Positions 26,480 to 36,118 of a DNA stretch of 64,000 nt are shown piece after piece. The number at the start of each line of letters is the position of its first letter. Position 1 is the first letter of the stretch. The notes under the pieces are model-generated. The model saw only the letters and a program-made list of their open reading frames with translations. It did no database searches and was not told the DNA's origin. Origin of the DNA: Spirulina sp. (lineage in GTDB: Bacteria; Cyanobacteriota; Cyanobacteriia; Phormidesmidales; Phormidesmidaceae); contig JBIPSI010000017.1 of NCBI GenBank assembly GCA_044070495.1, positions 32,001 through 96,000 of the forward strand, in the 5' to 3' direction. The position numbers and the translations under genes were made by a program.

Positions 26480-27760
26480 TCAGGGCAGGAACAGATCCAG
26501 GAAGGGAACGATCAGCCCCAGGGTGCCGAGGATGCCATTGGCCGCATCGGAGAATTGGGCATTGCCCGACGGTTGCACCACCAGCACGTCGTTGGGGTAG
26601 AGCACCGGGTTAGTCTCGTCATCAATGCCCTGGCTAAAATTCACCGGAATTTCCCGCTGGGAAACGGTGCCATCGGCATTCAGCCGCATGAGATCCACCG
26701 TGCCGGTTTGGGCACGGCTGTTGTCGAACCCCCCCGCCGCCATCAGGGCTTGGTTGAGGGGCGTATTGGGGGGAACTTCGATCACGCCGGGGGTCTTAAC
26801 CTCGCCAACCACGGTGACCCGAATGGTGGCGGGGGAAAAACTAGCTAAGGCAAGCTGGCGAGATTCGGCGGCATCGATGCGAGGGGCGGTGGGAACGAGG
26901 ATGGTGTCGCCGTCTCGCAGGGGAAGGTCTTGGCTCAAATTTCCGGCAACCAGCAGATCCCACAGATCGAGGTTCAGGGTTTGGGTACGGCCCTGACCCA
27001 TCGGACGCTGCACGGTAATTTGGCGCACATTGGCCAGGGGGCTAATGCCACCCGCCTGCTGCAAGGCCTGGGTGACCGTGGGCCAGCGCTGTTCGGCCTC
27101 ACCATCGACGCTGTTCGTAGAAGTAAAGGTCATCGGGTAGGCCCCAGGGCGGTTGACGGCCCCCGCCACACTCACCTGCACCGGGCGAGGGGTAACCAGG
27201 CTCACGGTGATAGTCGGCTGCCGCAGATGGCGACCGTAGGCCAAGGCTATCTGCTGGGCCGCCTGTTCCAGGGTTAGCCCCGCCACGGGCACATTGCCAA
27301 CCCAGGCTAGGCTGATGGATCCATCCACCAGTACCCGCTTCGGGCCGCTGTGCTCAGGCACATTAAAGATATCCAGGTTAATCAGATCCCCCGATCCGAG
27401 CAGGTAATCTTCGATCAGCCCAGCATCCAGTGACCTAGAAGGCATGACCCCAGGGTTCATGGCCCCAGAGTCCATCGTCCCAGAATCCATGGGTACAGAG
27501 TCCATGGGTACAGAGTCCGTTGACTCAAAGTTCATGGGTGCAGAGTCCATGGGTGCAGCGTCTAGGGACACAGACTCCAGGGGCAGAGCGTCCATGGCCT
27601 GAGCCATTGGGGGCTGTGCCTCGGCGGGTGTAGTCACCGGAGGATTGGCCCAGGCAGGCAAGGATCCTAGGGCCGTCAGCGCTATCGCCACGGTGCAGCC
27701 AGGGAGACAGCGCCATCGGGAAAGAACGGGGTTGTAAGCTTTCATAGAAACACTCACCAC
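26480..27760 (-). CDS. wza: Polysaccharide export protein (Wza/OPX, SLBB repeats)
   Basis: YLLGSGD...VLVDGSISL...AGLTLEQA, VAGAVNRPGAY, LRDGDTILVP, VVGEVKTPG; N-terminal MDSxP repeats. Confidence 0.88.
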   Translation of the reverse strand: MVSVSMKAYNPVLSRWRCLPGCTVAIALTALGSLPAWANPPVTTPAEAQPPMAQAMDALPLESVSLDAAPMDSAPMNFESTDSVPMDSVPMDSGTMDSGAMNPGVMPSRSLDAGLIEDYLLGSGDLINLDIFNVPEHSGPKRVLVDGSISLAWVGNVPVAGLTLEQAAQQIALAYGRHLRQPTITVSLVTPRPVQVSVAGAVNRPGAYPMTFTSTNSVDGEAEQRWPTVTQALQQAGGISPLANVRQITVQRPMGQGRTQTLNLDLWDLLVAGNLSQDLPLRDGDTILVPTAPRIDAAESRQLALASFSPATIRVTVVGEVKTPGVIEVPPNTPLNQALMAAGGFDNSRAQTGTVDLMRLNADGTVSQREIPVNFSQGIDDETNPVLYPNDVLVVQPSGNAQFSDAANGILGTLGLIVPFLDLFLP

Positions 27761-27816
27761 AGCATGGATAACGACGGAATTGAGGACAAAACCTGGTGGC
27801 CTGAGACATCTCCCAA

Positions 27817-27901
27817 GTAGGTTGGGTGCAGCGAAGCGGAACCCAACACTTGCCGAGGATTTCGGGCTGGTTGGGTTCTGCTATCGCGCCACCCAACCTA
27901 C
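27817..27901. repeat. GTAG-tagged REP doublet (inverted pair)
   Basis: GTAGGTTGGGTGCAGCGAAGCGGAACCCAAC ... GTTGGGTTCTGCTATCGCGCCACCCAACCTAC. Confidence 0.8.
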
Positions 27902-27955
27902 GAGAGATCAATACTTTTCGGAATGGTGTCCGTTTTGCGGCCCCCTGGTATCGGT

Positions 27956-27978
27956 GGGCGAGGAGACCCCGCCCCTAC
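27956..27978 (-). repeat. Single GTAGGGGCG-type REP hairpin
   Basis: GGGCGAGGAGACCCCGCCCCTAC; relatives at 48235 and 49758 and inside MITE family C. Confidence 0.7.
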
Positions 27979-28052
27979 GGGTTGTTGGTCATCCTGGAGT
28001 CTGGAGACATCGGATGCCCAGCGGCCACGACCAGGACAGCGGAGGCTTGGCC

Positions 28053-30065
28053 CTAGGCGGTGGCCTGGGACAGGGGGTCGCCAAACACCGGATCGGGACG
28101 ACGGGAGGGAAGGGGTTCTGGCCCCCGGCTGGGTAGGGGGGTGAGGTGGGGCACAGGCTTGGTCGTCTGGGGCTGGAAGCCGGGAACCACTCGCTTCAGC
28201 AGAGCAATGATGGCATCGGTTTGGTTGTGGAGGGCGGCTTGGCCGAGGGCGTCGATGGTGTCATCGAGGTGGCTGGGCACCATCCCGGAGGCATTGGCGA
28301 CCACAAAGAGTTTTTGGTGCTGGGTGGCCTCGTACTGCTCTCCGGCAATGAACAGCTCTTCGTAGAGTTTTTCCCCCGGTCGCAGCCCGGTAAAGGCAAT
28401 GTGCATGGTTTTGCCCAGCTCATAGCCCGACAGGTGAATCAGTTCCTTGGCCAAATCCACAATTTTGACGGGCTGCCCCATATCCAGCATGAAGACCTCG
28501 CCGCCGCGCCCAATCACCGCCGCCTGAAGCACCAACTGCACCGCTTCGGGGATGGTCATGAAGTAGCGACAAATATCGGGGTGGGTAACGGTGACGGGGC
28601 CACCTTCGGCAATTTGGCGTTTGAAGGTAGGCACCACGCTGCCTCGACTGCCCAACACATTGCCAAAGCGCACCACCTTGTAGGGCCGACCGCTGCGTTG
28701 GGCCGCTTGGAGCACCGCCATCTCCGCCACCCGTTTGCTGGCCCCCATGATGTTGGTGGGGTTCACGGCTTTGTCGGTGGAGATCATCACAAACTGTTCG
28801 ACGGCGTATTTCTGCGCCAGGGTGACCAAATTGCGCGTGCCCTGCACGTTGTTGGTGATGGCTTCGGGGACGTTGAATTCCATCATCGGGACGTGCTTGT
28901 GGGCCGCTGCGTGGAAAATGAGCTGCGGCCTAAACTGGTCGAAGGCGTGCTCTAGGCGGGGCATAAACCGAATATCGGCAATGCAAGCGGAAATCTTGGG
29001 TAGGGTTGTCCATTGATGTTCGGCTTGCAGGCGCTTAAGGCTGGTTTCTAGCTCCTGCTGGATGGTGAAAATGGAGTTTTCCCCGTGGCCGAGCAGCAGA
29101 ATTTCGGCGGGACAACGCTGGAGCACCTGGCGGCAGAGTTCGCTACCAATAGATCCGCCCGCCCCGGTGACCATCACCCGTTGCCCTCGCACCAACTCCA
29201 ACACCGGCTGGCTGTCGAGCTGCACCGGGTCGCGCCGCAGCAGGTCTTCAATCTGCACATCGCGCACCCGGCTAACGGAAACCTGCCCGTTAAGAATTTC
29301 GTGGATACCGGGCAGGGTGAGGGTTTGCACCTCAATGGCCTGACAGAGGTCTAGCACCTCACGAATCACCCAACCGGGGGCCGTGGGCATGGCAATGATC
29401 ACCTTGCGAATGTGTAGCGACCGCACCAGTTTAGGAATGCTGTCCCGGTTTCCGGCCACGGGCAAGCGCCGGATACGCAGGTGCAGTTTGGCCGGATCGT
29501 CATCCACAAAGGCGACGGGCTTTAACCCCAGGGCCGGGTTGCGCTGCATTTCCTGCACCAGGGATACCCCAGCACTGCCCGCCCCCACCACCAGCACCCG
29601 ATCTCGGCGAAAGAAGGCGCGACGGTGATGGCCCCGGCGCTCCGCCGCCCGAATGCTAAACCGCAGGGCACCCACCAGCAAAAAGCTGAGGATGGCATCC
29701 AGCAGGGGCAGCGATTGCGGCAGGTTCTCCAGGGCAGAGAGGCCCAGATGTTGGCCCCAGAAAAACGCGGTGGTCTGCAACAGAATCGCCATCACCATGG
29801 CCAGGGCAATTTGCTGCAATTCGTCAATGCTGGCGTAGCGCCAGAAGCGTTTGTAGAAACCCAGGCCGTAGAGAATGCCCAATTTGATGATTAAAAACAG
29901 GGCAGTCAGCCACAGCAAGCCCGTCCAGTAGAGACTGACATTCAGGTGACCATCGAGGCGCAACCCTAGGGCCAGCAGGGGAGACAGCAGAAATATCACA
30001 ATATCGGCGATGACAAAATGACGATTTCGCAGATCGGCAACAGAGGATTGGGATAGGTTAAACAT
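28053..30065 (-). CDS. CapD/WbpM/PglF-type membrane-bound UDP-GlcNAc 4,6-dehydratase
   Basis: Four N-terminal TMs, VGAGSAG, VTGAGGSIGSE, HAAAHKHVP, STDKAVNP, RFGNVLGSRGSV, GLRPGEKLYEEL. Confidence 0.92.
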   Translation of the reverse strand: MFNLSQSSVADLRNRHFVIADIVIFLLSPLLALGLRLDGHLNVSLYWTGLLWLTALFLIIKLGILYGLGFYKRFWRYASIDELQQIALAMVMAILLQTTAFFWGQHLGLSALENLPQSLPLLDAILSFLLVGALRFSIRAAERRGHHRRAFFRRDRVLVVGAGSAGVSLVQEMQRNPALGLKPVAFVDDDPAKLHLRIRRLPVAGNRDSIPKLVRSLHIRKVIIAMPTAPGWVIREVLDLCQAIEVQTLTLPGIHEILNGQVSVSRVRDVQIEDLLRRDPVQLDSQPVLELVRGQRVMVTGAGGSIGSELCRQVLQRCPAEILLLGHGENSIFTIQQELETSLKRLQAEHQWTTLPKISACIADIRFMPRLEHAFDQFRPQLIFHAAAHKHVPMMEFNVPEAITNNVQGTRNLVTLAQKYAVEQFVMISTDKAVNPTNIMGASKRVAEMAVLQAAQRSGRPYKVVRFGNVLGSRGSVVPTFKRQIAEGGPVTVTHPDICRYFMTIPEAVQLVLQAAVIGRGGEVFMLDMGQPVKIVDLAKELIHLSGYELGKTMHIAFTGLRPGEKLYEELFIAGEQYEATQHQKLFVVANASGMVPSHLDDTIDALGQAALHNQTDAIIALLKRVVPGFQPQTTKPVPHLTPLPSRGPEPLPSRRPDPVFGDPLSQATA

Positions 30066-30146
30066 CGTTTGTAAATCTCGCTAGGGGCTCCAAAGGTTTT
30101 GATTAAGGGGGCTAGCGGCCCTCAGGGGCGGCGGCGAAAACGGCAC

Positions 30147-31811
30147 CTAACACTTGGCTAGGTGGGAAGCGGACAGCCCCGCCCTGGGGGATGCCCGGTG
30201 AACTTGGGCCGGTAAAACTTGAGTTTTTAGGTGGTCGGCCAACCGCAGCGCCAGGGCTAGGAGGGTGAGGGTGGGGTTGGCATGGCCCCCGGTGGGAAAG
30301 ACAGAACTGCTGGCAATGAACAGATTGGCGCAGCCATGGAGTTGTCCCTGATCATCCACCACCCCCTGGCGCGGATGGCGACCCATGCGGGTGGTGCCCA
30401 TGTGGTGGGAGGAATCGGTGAGGGTGGCCCAGGCACCCTCCTGGGAGGCTGGATCGCCACCTAGCAGCGGGCTTTCTAAACGTCCTAGCCCCAAAGCTTG
30501 CAACCGCTGGCCTAGCAGATCGTGAAACCGCACCAGGCTGTCTTGATCCTGACGGGAAATGGCTAGGTAGACCTGAAGCCGGGGCATGCCCAGGGCATCC
30601 CGCTGACGACTGAGGCAAATGCGACTGTGTCGTTGGGGGCTTTGCTCTAGATGGTTGCGCAGGAGGATGTGCGGATAAGGAATAGGGCGGTTGAACCGCT
30701 TGTGTATAAAATAATGCGCCATTTCCCCCAGGTGGGGCCAAAATGCGGCGATGTCCTGATTCCGAAGGGCTCCCCACTGCCCTCGTTTGAGGTAACTGCC
30801 CACCTGTTTAAAGGTCTGGGTGGCCGCCGCTAGGTCAATGGTCGATCCAGGCAGTAATTCAACATGGTGGTTCAACATCCGGTGCTGGCGCTGCTGCGCA
30901 TCCGTCAGACGCAGACCCAACTGAACAAAGCCGCCGCGAGTCCGGCATAGATCTTGAAAAATCGGGGATCGCAGGGCTTTGGCGGTGGGATAAATCCGTC
31001 CGGCAACCAGCTTGGGATGCTCCATGTAGTAGCGCCCTACCAGGTCGTGGCCATTGCCTAGCCCGTTGGGGCAGTGCCGCTGGGAGGCCAACAGCAGCCG
31101 CGCATTTTCCCAGCCCCCGCAGGCCAAGATCACCACCCGACTGCTCACCCAAAACTGATTGCCCGAAAGCGTTTGCACCTGAAGCCGCTGAATGTTCCTG
31201 AGGTCGGGATTGGGTTCTAGTTCCGTAACGTTGGCGTTAAGGTAGATCTGGAGGTTAGGAGCCTGCCGCAGCAGGGGGCCATACATTTGGCGCAGCTTGG
31301 GCACTGAGGGGGCATAGAGCGCCACCGTGGGCGTCAGCACCGGATCTCGCCACAGATCATGCCGCCCCAGGATTTGCCCCTGCCATGCCTGGGGCGCAAA
31401 CTGCCGAGGCGTCGGCAAACCCAGCAGTTGGGCCGCTCGATCATAGAAGGGGGCTAGGGTCGCTAGGTCGAAGGGCCAGCCGCTGTCGGCTACCCAGTCG
31501 CGCTCGGCAAAATCAATGGGGTTGAGGGCCATGCACCGCCCGCCCCAGGTGTTGGTGGATCCGCCGAAATAGCGGTTGCGCGACACATAGCCCTGCGCTA
31601 ACCGCATGGGATGGCCGACGGTTTGCACGTCATAGAGGGCCTGGGTTTGGGGGTCGGGTACAAAATCGCCGCTTTCCAACAGCAACACCTGGTAGGGGGT
31701 GTTTAGAAATTCCTGGGCAATGGCAATGCCCGCTGCGCCCCCGCCCACAATGCAGATATCCGACTGCAACAGCGTTTGGGAATCCACTTGGACGGCATCA
31801 ATCACTGGCAT
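30147..31811 (-). CDS. GMC-family FAD oxidoreductase
   Basis: IVGGGAAG, FGGSTNTWGG, LACGGWENARLLL, HHMGTTRMG, PTGGHANPTLT. Confidence 0.9.
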   Translation of the reverse strand: MPVIDAVQVDSQTLLQSDICIVGGGAAGIAIAQEFLNTPYQVLLLESGDFVPDPQTQALYDVQTVGHPMRLAQGYVSRNRYFGGSTNTWGGRCMALNPIDFAERDWVADSGWPFDLATLAPFYDRAAQLLGLPTPRQFAPQAWQGQILGRHDLWRDPVLTPTVALYAPSVPKLRQMYGPLLRQAPNLQIYLNANVTELEPNPDLRNIQRLQVQTLSGNQFWVSSRVVILACGGWENARLLLASQRHCPNGLGNGHDLVGRYYMEHPKLVAGRIYPTAKALRSPIFQDLCRTRGGFVQLGLRLTDAQQRQHRMLNHHVELLPGSTIDLAAATQTFKQVGSYLKRGQWGALRNQDIAAFWPHLGEMAHYFIHKRFNRPIPYPHILLRNHLEQSPQRHSRICLSRQRDALGMPRLQVYLAISRQDQDSLVRFHDLLGQRLQALGLGRLESPLLGGDPASQEGAWATLTDSSHHMGTTRMGRHPRQGVVDDQGQLHGCANLFIASSSVFPTGGHANPTLTLLALALRLADHLKTQVLPAQVHRASPRAGLSASHLAKC

Positions 31812-31879
31812 GGTGGTTTAATCCTCACAATTGTTGGACTCCAATCCTGATCTCCAATCCTGATCTCCAGCCCTTGGCC

Positions 31880-33205
31880 TCAATGATTGACGGCGGCGGT
31901 TGTCCGCCCGGTCTGTTCGGCCCGATGGGACGATGGGGCCAGTGCTCGCTCAAACCCCCGCCGCAACCGATCCATCTGGCGGGTATCCAGGTGCAAAAGA
32001 TAGCGGGGCGATAGCAGAATTAAGCGAGCCTGGAGGGACTCGGTCACCGGTAAATCAAAGGTCTTCGGTGTTGATGCCCAGGCCGATCCCTGGGTGAGGA
32101 GCCGCTGACGGTGGGCCAAATTGGTATAGACCGGCAGCTTGTGGTGCAGGGGAAAGGGGTAGGCCGAGGCCTCAATGCCCAGGCCTTGCAGTATCGTCAA
32201 CACCTGGGGCACAAACACCCCCGGCTGGGTAATCTGCACCGGATAGCCCTGGTAAAACCCACCCTGTTGCGCCCCAGGGGGCAGGTGGGGTACCGCTAGG
32301 CCATCGATGCCACCGAGGGTGGCCCCTAGGCGATCTGCATTGCGCTGCTTCAGATCATTAAAGATCGCCAGGTAGTCCAGATCCACATTCGCAAGCAGAG
32401 CCCCAAGGGGGGCCATCCGACGCTTGTAGCCGATGCCTGTGGAGCTAAAGTCCGCCAGACCCACCTCCGTCAACCAAGGCCCGTGGCGGTTGAAATGGCC
32501 CCAGGCCGACATACGCAGATAGTGGTCTCGCCGATCGGTGACCACGATACCGCCCTCCCCCGCCGCCACCGCCTTGCTGCCCTGGAGGCTAAACACGCCC
32601 AGATCGCCCCAACTGCCGCAGGGTCGCCCCGCCCAGCTTGCCCCGTGGGCATGGGAGACATCCTCAATCAGGGCAATCCCTCGGCCCCTCAACACCCGCT
32701 GGAGCCGATCCATATCCGCCGGAAACCCCCACACATGGACGACCATCACTGCCCGGGTTCGGTCTGTAATCTGGCGGGCCACGGCATCGGGATCTAGGGT
32801 AAACGTGGCGGCATCAACGTCTGCAAACACTGGCTCGGCCCCAGCATTCACGATGGGATCAATGGAGGCATGGAAGGTGCAGGACGGCACAATCACCTGG
32901 TCTCCGGGGCCAATATTGAGGGCAAACAGGGCCGCTTCAATGGCCGAGGTGCCATTGCAAAACGTCAGGCCATACTGCCGATTCAGCAGTGCGGCATAGC
33001 GCTGTTCAAAGGCTTCGACAAAGGCCGGATATCGAGAGATTTGACCTTGCGCCAAGGCTCGGCCTACACGACTCAATTTTTTAGTTAGAAGTGCGGCCTT
33101 AAGCCAGGTTAATTTCGCCTCTTGAAACATCTCTATAGAATTCCTTTGGGTTACTTTTTTGAGTATTTTTCTATTGTTTACAGGTTTATTTTCTTGTAGT
33201 CTCAT
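31880..33205 (-). CDS. DegT/DnrJ/EryC1/StrS PLP-dependent sugar aminotransferase (start may be ATG 33130)
   Basis: CNGTSAI, GPGDQVIVPS, IEDVSHAHGA, FSLQGSK (PLP Lys), GEGG. Confidence 0.9.
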   Translation of the reverse strand: MRLQENKPVNNRKILKKVTQRNSIEMFQEAKLTWLKAALLTKKLSRVGRALAQGQISRYPAFVEAFEQRYAALLNRQYGLTFCNGTSAIEAALFALNIGPGDQVIVPSCTFHASIDPIVNAGAEPVFADVDAATFTLDPDAVARQITDRTRAVMVVHVWGFPADMDRLQRVLRGRGIALIEDVSHAHGASWAGRPCGSWGDLGVFSLQGSKAVAAGEGGIVVTDRRDHYLRMSAWGHFNRHGPWLTEVGLADFSSTGIGYKRRMAPLGALLANVDLDYLAIFNDLKQRNADRLGATLGGIDGLAVPHLPPGAQQGGFYQGYPVQITQPGVFVPQVLTILQGLGIEASAYPFPLHHKLPVYTNLAHRQRLLTQGSAWASTPKTFDLPVTESLQARLILLSPRYLLHLDTRQMDRLRRGFERALAPSSHRAEQTGRTTAAVNH

Positions 33206-33838
33206 TTGGTTTGATCATTCATTGAACGCTTGAATATAGCTAAAGGCACGATTAAATGACGTTCCAATTAATTCTCCTCCACAACGTTTCTGGCTTTACC
33301 TAACTGGGTTTACCTAACCTACGCCGATGGGAATGATCAGATCAGGCAACCTAAGGATAAGGACAACCCTAGACTGGATGGTCGGGGCATAGCCACACCG
33401 GAAGCCTTGGTGTAACCCCCACTGGCTAGGACTTTGAGGCATCACAACTAAATCTGGGGTGTTCCCCTGATCAGGGGCGACATCGCCCGACGATCCAGAA
33501 TGCCACCAGCTCATTTAGGGATAGGAGAACAGGTATTAGGAAACTAGCGTAATTAGGTATAACTAAAAATGCCAAATTGCCAATAATAATCAGTCATTTG
33601 GCTGCCTTTTTTATCCCGTGCTGGGGGGACAAAATGGCAAACTGGCCCCCAGCTTGCTAGGGATATTGTTAGATTGCAGGACAAACAGCCTAATACCTAG
33701 ATCAATTTCTATAGAAATAAAAGTTCGTCCGCAATGAAGAATGAATCTTTTCTGTGGATAGTCTGTGGATAAATTGAAGCTATATACAGGGCGATCTATC
33801 ATCGACTGCCTCCATCCAACGATGACTCAATAAAAACA

Positions 33839-35998
33839 ATGGATATTCAGCAATACTGGTTTGTTTTAAAGCGTCGCTGGTGGCCAGCCAGCTTAGTTTT
33901 TGTGACCGTTTCGACGCTGACGGTGATGGCTTTGAACACCCAGCACAATATCTACCAGGCCGAGGGGAAAATTCGCTTTACCCCAGAGGATCGAACCTCG
34001 GCCCTGACGGGTTTGGGAGTGACCGAGGGAACGTTTCACCCCCTGGTAGACTCCAACAATCCCATGACCACAGAAATGGCGGTGATTCGCTCGGAGCCGG
34101 TGATTCAAACGACCCTGGCTAGGCTCAACAGCATTCGGCCCCAGGGCCAGCCCCTCTCCCACCAAGACCTGCAAAAAAAACTGGTGCTCACCACCCTGCG
34201 TGGTACCGATATCCTGCTGCTGAGCTTTCAGGACGCCGATCCAGCCCTGGCGGCCACCGTGGTCGATACGGTGATGCAGACCTATTTAGATAACCATGTG
34301 CGGGAGAACCGCATGGCTGTGATGATGGCCCGATCCTTTATTGAAGCGGAGTTGCCGGGGGCTGAGGCCCAGGTGCAGCAGGCGGAGGCGGCTCTGCGAC
34401 GGTTCCAGGAAGCCCATCAGGTAGCGGCCCTGGAGGAGGAAAAGGTAGCCGTGGTGACCGCCGCTGAGGCGCTGCGCCAGCGGGTGGCCGAGGCCGCCTC
34501 GGCCCTCCAGGATACCAGCGAACAGTCGCGCACCTTCAGCCAGCAGTTGGGGATGTCGCCCCAGGAGGCGATTGCCGTTACCACCCTGAGCCAATCCCCC
34601 GGTGTGCAGACGGTATTGGCCCAGTACCAGGAGGTGGAATCGCAACTGGCCAACGAACGGGTGCGGTACTACGACGACAGCCCAGTGGTGCAGAGTTTGC
34701 TGAGCCGCAGGGCCAACCTGGAGGCCCTCCTGCACGAACGCATTGCCGACACCCTGGGGGGGCAATCCCTAGCCGCCGACAACCTCCAAATCGGGGAGCT
34801 GCAAGCGGCCCTAGCGGGGGATTTGGCCCGCACCGAGGCCGCCCGTCAGGGCTTGGCCAAGCAACTAGAGACCCTGCAACAGGCCCAGTCCTACTACACC
34901 CAGCGGCTGGCCACCCTTCCCCGTCTAGAGCAGGAGCATCGGGAACTGATGCGGCGATTGGATGCGGCCCAGGGCACCTATGCCTTGCTGCTGGAGCGCC
35001 TGCACGAAACCCGCATTGCCGAGAACCAAACCCTTGGCAACGCCCACATTGTGCAGGAGGCGGTGGTGCTCCCCCATCCGGTGGCCCCGCGCAAACTGTC
35101 GTTTTTGGCCACGGGGGGCATAGTGGCTCTGCTGCTGGCCGCCGCCACCGCCCTAGGGCTGGAGATGCAGGACAACCTGGTGAAGACAGCCCGAGAGGCG
35201 CGGCAGTTGTTTGACCTCCCCCTGCTGGGGGTAATTCCGCTGCACCGAGTCGGGGGGCGCGGCTTTGGCGGCAGCCGCTCCCAGGCCAGTGTTGAGCTAA
35301 TCGTGCGGGATCTGCCCGGTTCCCCGATCTCGGAGTCCTATCGGATGCTCCAGGCCAACCTGGCCTTCCTCAACTCAGACCGGGCGGTGAAGACGGTGGT
35401 AGTCACCAGTTCCATGGTGGGGGAAGGCAAGTCGGTGGTGTCGGCCAATCTGGCCATGGCCAGGGCGCAGCAGGGACGGCGGGTGCTGTTGATTGATGCG
35501 GATATGCGCTGCCCACGCCAGCACCAACTCTGGGGCCTGGTCAACGACCGAGGTCTCAGCAACCTGCTGGCGGAACGCTGGGAGTTGTCAGCGGTGGTCA
35601 AACCCCTGACCGACCATTTAGACCTGCTGACCGCTGGCGTCATTCCCCCCAACCCGACCGCTCTGCTCGATTCCCAGCGCATGGCCACGGTCTTGGCCCA
35701 GGTGGCGGCGGACTACGATTTTGTGGTGTTGGATACTCCGGCCCTGAATGTGGCGGCGGATGTGCATATTTTGGGACGCCTCTCCCAGGGCATTGTGCTG
35801 GTGACCCGACCCGGCGTGCTGGATGTGGGTAGCGCCCAGGTGGCGAAGGAGCGCCTGGCCCAGTTTGGGGCGCTGGTGCTGGGGCAGGTGATTAACGGCG
35901 TCGTGCCCGACCACGAACCCGACAGCTACTACTACTTTGCCGGGGCCTATACCGAACGGCAGGGGGCCGACCCAGCCCCAGCCCGCGTAACCGCCTAG
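33839..35998 (+). CDS. wzc: Polysaccharide co-polymerase / BY-kinase (Wzc/GumC)
   Basis: LKRRWW + TM, coiled coil, second TM, SESYRML, Walker A GEGKS, LIDADMR, VLDTP, C-terminal Tyr cluster DSYYYFAGAY. Confidence 0.92.
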   Translation: MDIQQYWFVLKRRWWPASLVFVTVSTLTVMALNTQHNIYQAEGKIRFTPEDRTSALTGLGVTEGTFHPLVDSNNPMTTEMAVIRSEPVIQTTLARLNSIRPQGQPLSHQDLQKKLVLTTLRGTDILLLSFQDADPALAATVVDTVMQTYLDNHVRENRMAVMMARSFIEAELPGAEAQVQQAEAALRRFQEAHQVAALEEEKVAVVTAAEALRQRVAEAASALQDTSEQSRTFSQQLGMSPQEAIAVTTLSQSPGVQTVLAQYQEVESQLANERVRYYDDSPVVQSLLSRRANLEALLHERIADTLGGQSLAADNLQIGELQAALAGDLARTEAARQGLAKQLETLQQAQSYYTQRLATLPRLEQEHRELMRRLDAAQGTYALLLERLHETRIAENQTLGNAHIVQEAVVLPHPVAPRKLSFLATGGIVALLLAAATALGLEMQDNLVKTAREARQLFDLPLLGVIPLHRVGGRGFGGSRSQASVELIVRDLPGSPISESYRMLQANLAFLNSDRAVKTVVVTSSMVGEGKSVVSANLAMARAQQGRRVLLIDADMRCPRQHQLWGLVNDRGLSNLLAERWELSAVVKPLTDHLDLLTAGVIPPNPTALLDSQRMATVLAQVAADYDFVVLDTPALNVAADVHILGRLSQGIVLVTRPGVLDVGSAQVAKERLAQFGALVLGQVINGVVPDHEPDSYYYFAGAYTERQGADPAPARVTA

Positions 35999-36118
35999 GC
36001 CCTAGGGTTGTCTAGGCATTGGGGGACTAGGTATTGGGGGACTAGGACTTGGTGCGGGCAAGTTTAAGCCCGAGGAATGGGTCTGGTTTGTTGTTGGCGC
36101 TTCATCGGTATCCAGCCT

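Noticed and set aside
28146..28955. Long antisense ORFs (also 54816-55508, 45734-46384, 39569-40507)
   Set aside because: Shadow or alternate-frame ORFs of GC-rich genuine genes with no motifs of their own.
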